A stretch of DNA of 64,000 bases, from the NCBI GenBank assembly GCA_965202805.1, contig OZ241869.1, positions 3,328,001-3,392,000 on the forward strand. Reading direction: 5' to 3'. Made by a program: the position numbers and the translations under genes. This DNA comes from Longimicrobiales bacterium. Its GTDB lineage: Bacteria > Gemmatimonadota > Gemmatimonadetes > Longimicrobiales > Gaopeijiaceae. Every line of letters begins with the position of its first letter. The stretch's first letter is position 1. Of this stretch, positions 57,485-64,000 are shown piece by piece. The notes below the pieces were generated by a model. The model searched no databases and had not been told where the DNA came from. It worked only from the letters and a program-made list of their open reading frames with translations.

Positions 57485-58878
57485 ACACCACCCTCCTGCT
57501 CCTCCTCGCCTACTCGGCCGGGCTGATCGGCCTCGGCCTCTGGCTGGGGAGGCGGGTCTCGAACGCGGGCGGCTTCTTCGTCGCGGGCCGGTCGCTCGGC
57601 CCCGGACTGCTCTTCGCCACCGTCCTCGCCGCCAACATCGGCGCGGGCACCACCATCGGCGCCGCCGGCCTGGGCTACCGGGACGGTCTCGCGGGCTGGT
57701 GGTGGGTGGGCTCCGCGGGAGTGGGCACGCTGGCGCTCGCGCTCTGGGTGGGGCCGCGCATCTGGGCGGTCGCGCGCGCCCGCGGCCACCTCACCCTGGG
57801 TGACTATCTCGACGACCGCTACGGTCCCTCGGTCCGCGCCATCATCGCCGTGCTGCTCTGGTTGGGCACGCTCGCGCTGCTGGCCGGCCAGCTCATCGCG
57901 ATGGCCGATATCTTCACGGTCGTGGCCGGGTGGCCGCGGGGGTGGGGGGTGGTGGTGGGGGGGGTGGTCGCCACCGCCTACTTCGCCGCCGGCGGGCTCA
58001 TGGTGGCCGCGTGGGTCAACCTGGTGCAGCTGGTCGTCATGGTCGCCGGCTTCGGGATCGCACTCCCATGGGCGATGGCCGCCGCGGGCGGCTGGGAGGC
58101 GGTCGCCGCCGCCGCCCCGCCCGACGGCCTGGACTTCCTGCAGGGCGGCGAATCCGGCTGGATCTACCTCGCCCTGGTAGCGCCCGGATTCGTCATCTCC
58201 CCCGGCCTCATCCAGAAGGCGTATGGCGCCATCGACGCCCGCGTGATCCGCATCGGCCTCGCCGCCACCGCGGTCGCCCTCCTCCTCTTCGCCGCCGTCC
58301 CGCCGCTCCTGGGCATGATCGCGCGCGTCTACGACCCCGCACTGGCCGACCACGAGTTCGCCCTTCCGCTCGTGCTCACCGTGGGCGTTCCGGTGTGGCT
58401 CGGCGCCCTGGGCCTCGCCGCCGTCTTCTCGGCGGAGCTCAGCTCCTCGGACGCCATCCTCTTCATGCTGTCGACGTCGCTCTCGCGCGATCTCTACCGC
58501 CGCTTCGTCCGCCCGGACGCCTCCGACGCCTCCGTCCTCCGGGTGGCGCGCATCGCGGCGCTCACGGGCGGCGCGCTCGGCATCCTCCTGGCGGCCGCGC
58601 TTCCCGGCGTCATCGAAGCCCTCACCATCTTCTACGCCCTGCTCGCCGTCAGCCTTTTCGTGCCCGTCCTGGGCGGCCTCTACACGCGCCGCGCCGGCTC
58701 ACCCGAGGCCCTCTCCGCGATCGCGTTCGGGGTGATGCTCTGGGTCGCGGTCCGCACCGGCCTCATCGACAATCTGCCGCCGCTTCTCACTGCCAGCGTG
58801 GTCGGCCTGCTCGGCTCCGCCATCGCGTTCGGCGCGGTGCTGGGGGCACGGGCCCTGTTCCGGGGCGACACGCAGTAG
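57481..58878 (+). CDS. Sodium:solute symporter family protein
   Basis: FFVAGRSLG, TLGDYLDDRY, AAGGL, AELSSSD; many TM segments; GTG overlaps upstream stop. Confidence 0.9.
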   Translation: MNTTLLLLLAYSAGLIGLGLWLGRRVSNAGGFFVAGRSLGPGLLFATVLAANIGAGTTIGAAGLGYRDGLAGWWWVGSAGVGTLALALWVGPRIWAVARARGHLTLGDYLDDRYGPSVRAIIAVLLWLGTLALLAGQLIAMADIFTVVAGWPRGWGVVVGGVVATAYFAAGGLMVAAWVNLVQLVVMVAGFGIALPWAMAAAGGWEAVAAAAPPDGLDFLQGGESGWIYLALVAPGFVISPGLIQKAYGAIDARVIRIGLAATAVALLLFAAVPPLLGMIARVYDPALADHEFALPLVLTVGVPVWLGALGLAAVFSAELSSSDAILFMLSTSLSRDLYRRFVRPDASDASVLRVARIAALTGGALGILLAAALPGVIEALTIFYALLAVSLFVPVLGGLYTRRAGSPEALSAIAFGVMLWVAVRTGLIDNLPPLLTASVVGLLGSAIAFGAVLGARALFRGDTQ

Positions 58879-58987
58879 CAATCGGCAACCGGCCTGCCCG
58901 CGGCGATCCCTGCGATAAGGCCCGAACCGATCCCTCGCCCGCGACACCATCCCGCCGCCCCTCGGCGTCCGGCCGCGCAAGCCCTCC

Positions 58988-60007
58988 CTACAACCCGAAC
59001 CTCTGTCCCTCGGTCGCCACCGAGAACCCCCGGCTCATGATCTCCCGGGCCTCCGCCGAAGCTTCGTCCAGCGCGGGATTGGTGTTGTTCAGATGGATGA
59101 ACGCCACCTCGCTCTCACCCCGCACAACCTCCTGCAGCAGATCCATCGTGTGCGGCACCATGGGGTGCGGAATGTCCTCGATGTTCCGCCCCGGAACCTC
59201 CCCCGGGCTGTAGAAGGTAGCGTCCAGCAGGGCCACATCCACGCCGCGCACGACCTCCGCGACGTCCCGGTCCCATGCCTCCCAGCTGTCGATGTCCGGG
59301 AGATAGAGGACGGACCGGCTCGGACCCCGGAAGGTCCAGCTGACGGTATCCGAGAACTCCGGGCGATGGGGAACCGGTGTGGCCATCGCGGAGAGGCTGT
59401 CGTCGATCTCGTACCAGCGGTCGAACTCGACGGGGCGCAGGTCCAGACGCCCCTCGTCCACGAGCAGGCTCCAGGGGCCGTTGGATGCAAGAAAGCCCGC
59501 CATCTCGGGGCTGCAGTAGCACGGCGTGGGGGCGATTCCCAGGCCTTCCCGGCCCAGGTGGGCGAGCCCCAGGTAGTGTCCCATGTGCGCGTGGGTCAGG
59601 AAGATGCCGTCGAAGGGCCGCCGCGCCTGAGCGCGCGCACGGAACCCCGGGTCGTCGATCAGGTCCATCTGCTGCCGCAGATCCGGGGAGGCGTCCACCA
59701 GGTAGTAGCGCCCGGCGTCGGGCTCCACGATGGCGAGAGAGCACACGTAGCGCGGCTGCTCGCGCTCGCGAGCCCGGTCGCATCGGGGCGCGTAGCACCC
59801 GGTTTGGGGCATGCCGCCGTCCTGAGCCACCCCGAGCACCAGCACGTAGGGATCCGCGCGGCGCCGCGACGCCAGCCGCGGGCCGAGGAGGGTGGCCCCG
59901 GCCGCGGCGCCCAGGAATTCCCGCCGGGAGACGTGCTCGCGCGCCCGATGCTCCGCCGGCTCCCTCCACTTCTTCGGCGCCGCGCGCCCCTGCAACGACT
60001 CATCCAT
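58988..60007 (-). CDS. PqqB-like MBL-fold metallo-hydrolase with Tat signal
   Basis: SRREFL; VLGVAQDGGMPQ.GC, DASPD, THAHMGH, VPHR.E.SD, YLPDID, DATFY, IHLNNTN. Confidence 0.82.
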   Translation of the reverse strand: MDESLQGRAAPKKWREPAEHRAREHVSRREFLGAAAGATLLGPRLASRRRADPYVLVLGVAQDGGMPQTGCYAPRCDRAREREQPRYVCSLAIVEPDAGRYYLVDASPDLRQQMDLIDDPGFRARAQARRPFDGIFLTHAHMGHYLGLAHLGREGLGIAPTPCYCSPEMAGFLASNGPWSLLVDEGRLDLRPVEFDRWYEIDDSLSAMATPVPHRPEFSDTVSWTFRGPSRSVLYLPDIDSWEAWDRDVAEVVRGVDVALLDATFYSPGEVPGRNIEDIPHPMVPHTMDLLQEVVRGESEVAFIHLNNTNPALDEASAEAREIMSRGFSVATEGQRFGL

Positions 60008-60208
60008 TTCGCATGCTCCTCCGTTCGCGACCGACCCGAAGCCGTCCGCGAGGAGCCTGGTCAAGTCCGAGCGTCCCCGGGAATGCAGTGCATGATGGGC
60101 GGCTTCCCGATCCTCCCTCGCGACCGCCCCGGTTGGCGGCCACGCTGTAGAGCCGCAGTTTGGATCGACAGGAATCCGCCACGCAACCCGGGGGTAGGCG
60201 AAACCGCG

Positions 60209-60715
60209 ATGGCGCACGAGATCGAACGCAAGTTTCTGGTGCGTTCCGACGCATGGAGGGCCGATGCGTCGAAGGCGGGCGTGTCCGGCGTCCGCATCCG
60301 CCAGGGCTACCTGTCCACCTCCGCCGCCCGCTCGGTACGCGTGCGCACGGCCGGCGAACGGGCCACCCTGAACGTGAAGGGCAACAAGGTCGGCCCCCGC
60401 GCCACCGAGTTCGAATACCCGATCCCGTTCCGCGACGCACTTCAACTGCTCGAAGAGCTTTGTCGGCGTCCGCCCATCGAAAAGACCCGCTACGATATCC
60501 CGGCGCCCGACGGACACATCTGGGAAGTCGACGAGTTCCACGGCGAGAACACGGGCCTCGTGGTCGCCGAGATCGAGTTGTCCCATGAGGACCAGGCGTT
60601 CACCAGTCCCGACTGGCTGGGTGAGGAGGTCACGGAGGATCCGCGGTACCTGAATACCAACCTCGTGGAGCGTCCCTTCACCACCTGGGACCGGGAAGCG
60701 AGGTCGCGCGACTAG
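60209..60715 (+). CDS. CYTH domain protein
   Basis: EIERKFLV, QGYL, VRVR, EFEY, IEKTRY, WEVDEF, AEIEL, DPRY.N. Confidence 0.93.
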   Translation: MAHEIERKFLVRSDAWRADASKAGVSGVRIRQGYLSTSAARSVRVRTAGERATLNVKGNKVGPRATEFEYPIPFRDALQLLEELCRRPPIEKTRYDIPAPDGHIWEVDEFHGENTGLVVAEIELSHEDQAFTSPDWLGEEVTEDPRYLNTNLVERPFTTWDREARSRD

Positions 60716-61478
60716 CCCCAAACCGCATCGCACCGCCCGCGCCCCCCGAACGACTCAGCCACGCCTCGAGTCCCGGATCCACATCCGGCCGGCCAGAGAC
60801 AAACGCCCCCATCCGCGGCCAGCCCGGCGCCAATGTTCCGATCTCTGGCGGATCCATCCCCCATCCACCCGCTCGCAACGCTTCCATCCGCGGCGGATCC
60901 ACGGCGGGCGGGTCGAGCGCCTGCACCTCCACCCGTGCGAGCCCCCTTTCGGCGATTCCGAGCTTCACCGCCGCGACGTAGGAGAGGTCGATGACGCGGC
61001 CCTCCACGAACGGCCCCCGGTCGTTCACCCGCACCACCACCCGGTTGCCCGTGTCGAGGTCGGTGACCCGCACGTAGGTGGGGAGGGGAAGCGTCTTGTG
61101 CGCCGCCGTCATGGCGTACATGTCGTAGGTCTCGCCCGTGGAGGTTGCCCGCCCGTGGAAGGGGTGGCCGTACCAGGAGGCGATCCCGCGCTGCACATAG
61201 TCCTTGCTGGTCTGAAGCACGCGGTAGCGAACGCCGAACTCGTCGTAGAACGCGGGATTGCCCAGACGCGACTTGTACTCCTGCCGCGGCTCCGCGTCGG
61301 GGGGGAGAGAGACCCGGGCGGCACGCGGCGTGTTCACGCGGAAACATCCCGGCGCCCCGAGAAGGACGACGACGAGGAGGACGAGCACCGGTGCGCGGGG
61401 AAGCAGCGCGAGTCGTCCCGAAAACCGCCTCAAGCGATCGAGGAGGGATATCACCAGTAAGTCACCAGTAGACACCAT
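60678..61478 (-). CDS. rlpA: RlpA family lytic transglycosylase lipoprotein (no SPOR domain)
   Basis: GIASWYG..FHG, TAAHKTLPLP, VRVNDRGPF, IDLSY; APGC lipobox. Confidence 0.88.
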   Translation of the reverse strand: MVSTGDLLVISLLDRLRRFSGRLALLPRAPVLVLLVVVLLGAPGCFRVNTPRAARVSLPPDAEPRQEYKSRLGNPAFYDEFGVRYRVLQTSKDYVQRGIASWYGHPFHGRATSTGETYDMYAMTAAHKTLPLPTYVRVTDLDTGNRVVVRVNDRGPFVEGRVIDLSYVAAVKLGIAERGLARVEVQALDPPAVDPPRMEALRAGGWGMDPPEIGTLAPGWPRMGAFVSGRPDVDPGLEAWLSRSGGAGGAMRFGASRATSLPGPRW

Positions 61479-61523
61479 ATAATGTCAGTGACAGTCCAAA
61501 ACAGTCCCCGCTTTCGCACCAGG

Positions 61524-63998
61524 CTACGCCCGCACCAGCTCCACCCGCGTCTGCCCCAGCACCTCCCGCAGCTCCCGCAAGGTCGCGGCTCCCGGATCCA
61601 CCCTCAGCGTCCTCGAGCGCAACCGCAGGTCGCGCTCCCCGCTGCCCGACCGCCAGAGCACTTCCACCGGGGCGCCTCCCGGATGTCCCGCGAGCACCCT
61701 CTTCGCCTCGGCGAACGCATCCTCGCCAGGCTTCGCCCCCGTATCCGGCGCAATGCGCAGCGCCAGCCGTCCCGACGTGAGCACTTCGTCCAGCAGCTCC
61801 ACCTCGTCGAGGAAGATCGGCGGATCCTCCTCGTCGCGCTCCCGGCCCGACACCTTGCCCCGGATCAGCACCACCGCATCCTGCTGCAGGGGCTCCTTGC
61901 CGGCCGCCCAGGCGTCGCGGAAGGCGAGCACCTGCGCGGTCCCGTGGAAGTCCTCAATGGTGATCCGCCCCCACTCCGAGCTGTCCCTGCGCGAGATCTG
62001 CCGCTGCACCTGGGTCACGACGCACGGGATCTCGACGGAGGCGTTTGCGTGCCTGCGCAGCCTGGAGGTGTTGACCTCGCGGAAGACGTGCACGGCATCG
62101 CTGAAGCGGTCCAACGGATGGCCGGAGATGAAGAATCCGAGCGCCTCCTTCTCCTGCGCCAGCCGCTTGCGTTCCGGCCACTCGGGAACCGCGGGAAGCT
62201 CGGGCGCCGGATCGTCGACCTCCTCCAGCCCCCCGAAGAGCGATTCCTGGCCGGCCTCCCGATCCGCCTGGCGGGCGTTCACGTCCGCATAGGCGATATC
62301 CAGCCCGGCCACCAGCTGGGCCCGGTGTCCGAAGGCGTCGAGCGCGCCCGCGGCGATCAGCGCCTCGCACGCCCGCTTGTTGAGCGCACGCGTGTCGATA
62401 CGATCCAGAAAATCGAACAGCGTCTCAAAACGCCCGCCCTCCGCCCGCGCCGCCAGCACCGACTCGACCGCGCCCGCGCCCACTCCGCGCACCGCCCCGA
62501 GCCCGAAACGAATCCGCGCGCCCCCGCTGACCGTGAACTTCCACCCCGACTCGTTCACGTCCGGCGGAAGCAGCTCCAGCGGCTCCTCGAGGCTCGGGAT
62601 GGAGCGGTGCAACTCCCGGCTCTCGAGGATGTATTTCACCACCTGGTCGGTATTCGACAGCACCGACGACAGCAGCGCCGCCATGAACTCGGCGGGATAG
62701 TGGCACTTGAGCCACGCGGTGTGATACGACAGGAGCGAGTATCCGGCGCTGTGCGCGCGATTGAAGCCGTAGCGCCCGAAGGTCTCGATCTGGTTGGCGA
62801 GTTCCCTGGCGATCTGCGGGTCCACGCCCTTGCCCGTGGCGCGCTCCCGGAAGGTCGCGAGCTCGGCGCGAATCAGCTCCGGGATCTTCTTGCCCACCGC
62901 CTTGCGCACCACGTCGGCTTCGCCCAGCGAATACCCCGCGAGGATATTCACGATGCGCATCACCTGCTCCTGATAGACGATGATGCCGTAGGTGGGCTCG
63001 AGCAGCTCCTCCAGCTCGGGATGCGGATAGGTGACCGGCTCCTGTCCCAGCTTGCGCCTGATATAGACGTCGGTCATTCCGGAGTCGAGGGGACCGGGCC
63101 GGATGAGGGCGTTGGTGGCGACCAGGTCCTCGAAGCGGTCGCAGCGCATCGCCCGCAGCTTCCCCGTCGCCAGCGCGGACTCGAACTGGAAGACGCCGGA
63201 CGTGCCTCCCTGCGCGAGCATTTCGTAGACCCCCGCGTCGTCCAGGGGAACCTCGTCCATTGTCGGATAGACCGCGCCCGTCTCGGGGTGGCGCAGCCCC
63301 CCGGCCTTCCGCTTAACCAGTTCGACGGCGTCGTGGATGATGGTGAGGGTGCGCAGCCCCAGAAAGTCCATCTTGAGCATGCCGGCGTCGTCCACGCTGT
63401 TCATGTCGTACTGCGTGACCAGATCCACGTCATCCGCCGGGCCGTCTCGTGATGTAGCCCCCTCTGTCGCCGTCGCCCGCGCCGTGCCGTTCCCGCGCAC
63501 CCCGCTTCCCCGCGACTGGACGCACACGGGCACATAGTCGGAGAGCGGCCCGGGCGCGATCACCACGCCGGCGGCGTGCACCGACGCGTGCCGGCTCAAT
63601 CCCTCAAGGGTACGCGAATAGTCGAAGAGCTTTCGGTAGTTCTCGCCGGCCCCATACAGCTCCCTGACGTCCGGGAGCTTCTCCAGCGCCTGTCCGATGG
63701 TCAGCGCCTGCCCCGGCTGGTTGGGGATCATCTTCGCGATGCGGTCGGTCTCGCTCGGCTTGAAGCCGAGGGTCCGGCCCACATCCCGCACCACCGCGCG
63801 CGACTTCATGGTGCCGAAGGTGATGATCTGTCCCACCGCGTCGCGGCCGTACTTGCGGCGCACATAGTCGATCACCTCGCCCCTGCGCTCGAAGCAGAAG
63901 TCGATGTCGATATCCGGCATCTCCCTGCGCTCCGGGTTCAGGAATCGCTCGAAGAGGAGCCCGAACTCGAGGGGGTCGATATTGGTGATCCAGAGCGA
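61524..63998 (-). CDS. dnaE: DNA polymerase III alpha subunit (5' part outside window)
   Basis: LLFERFLNPER, MPDIDIDF, HAAGVVI, KMDFLGL, RPGP, YQEQVM, YGFNRAHS, EKEALGFFISGHP. Confidence 0.97.
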   Translation of the reverse strand, partial: SLWITNIDPLEFGLLFERFLNPERREMPDIDIDFCFERRGEVIDYVRRKYGRDAVGQIITFGTMKSRAVVRDVGRTLGFKPSETDRIAKMIPNQPGQALTIGQALEKLPDVRELYGAGENYRKLFDYSRTLEGLSRHASVHAAGVVIAPGPLSDYVPVCVQSRGSGVRGNGTARATATEGATSRDGPADDVDLVTQYDMNSVDDAGMLKMDFLGLRTLTIIHDAVELVKRKAGGLRHPETGAVYPTMDEVPLDDAGVYEMLAQGGTSGVFQFESALATGKLRAMRCDRFEDLVATNALIRPGPLDSGMTDVYIRRKLGQEPVTYPHPELEELLEPTYGIIVYQEQVMRIVNILAGYSLGEADVVRKAVGKKIPELIRAELATFRERATGKGVDPQIARELANQIETFGRYGFNRAHSAGYSLLSYHTAWLKCHYPAEFMAALLSSVLSNTDQVVKYILESRELHRSIPSLEEPLELLPPDVNESGWKFTVSGGARIRFGLGAVRGVGAGAVESVLAARAEGGRFETLFDFLDRIDTRALNKRACEALIAAGALDAFGHRAQLVAGLDIAYADVNARQADREAGQESLFGGLEEVDDPAPELPAVPEWPERKRLAQEKEALGFFISGHPLDRFSDAVHVFREVNTSRLRRHANASVEIPCVVTQVQRQISRRDSSEWGRITIEDFHGTAQVLAFRDAWAAGKEPLQQDAVVLIRGKVSGRERDEEDPPIFLDEVELLDEVLTSGRLALRIAPDTGAKPGEDAFAEAKRVLAGHPGGAPVEVLWRSGSGERDLRLRSRTLRVDPGAATLRELREVLGQTRVELVRA

Positions 63999-64000
63999 AT

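Noticed and set aside
63420..63520. Insertion in DnaE as a possible intein
   Set aside because: About 30 low-complexity residues with no His-Asn terminus; a simple loop expansion

Overview
High-GC bacterial chromosomal window of about 55 densely packed genes, from a 5'-truncated gyrA to a 5'-truncated dnaE. Gene content and style suggest Gemmatimonadota, but this is an unverified inference. I see no rRNA, tRNA, CRISPR array, integrase or transposase. Main blocks: (1) gyrA / PLP dehydratase / HAD / DsbA-like; (2) a long minus-strand run accA-ricT-metG-M23-2xM16-like-lipoprotein-mocA-xdhC-xdhC-DUF402; (3) many exported hydrolases and transporters; (4) an NHEJ locus (ku/ligD) next to a BNR propeller + MoaD-like pair and DUF72; (5) a deoxyhypusine-synthase-like gene divergent from an argR-X-argC-argD-argB operon; (6) small accessory insertions (DUF5674 pair, AAA ATPase, DUF5131+TcmP-like pair). 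Best candidates for new biology: gene X, a DUF1611/BioD-like P-loop protein translationally coupled between argR and argC where an N-acetylglutamate synthase would be expected; a DUF5131+TcmP-like cassette preceded by a GTTC-N7-GTTC (LexA-type) repeat; a 19-bp palindrome (GTCTGCCA-N3-TGGCAGAC) shared by the arg promoter and an amidohydrolase upstream region; and an NCS2 permease with a deviant signature motif fused to an RsbW-like domain. All family calls come from motif recognition by eye, not database searches.
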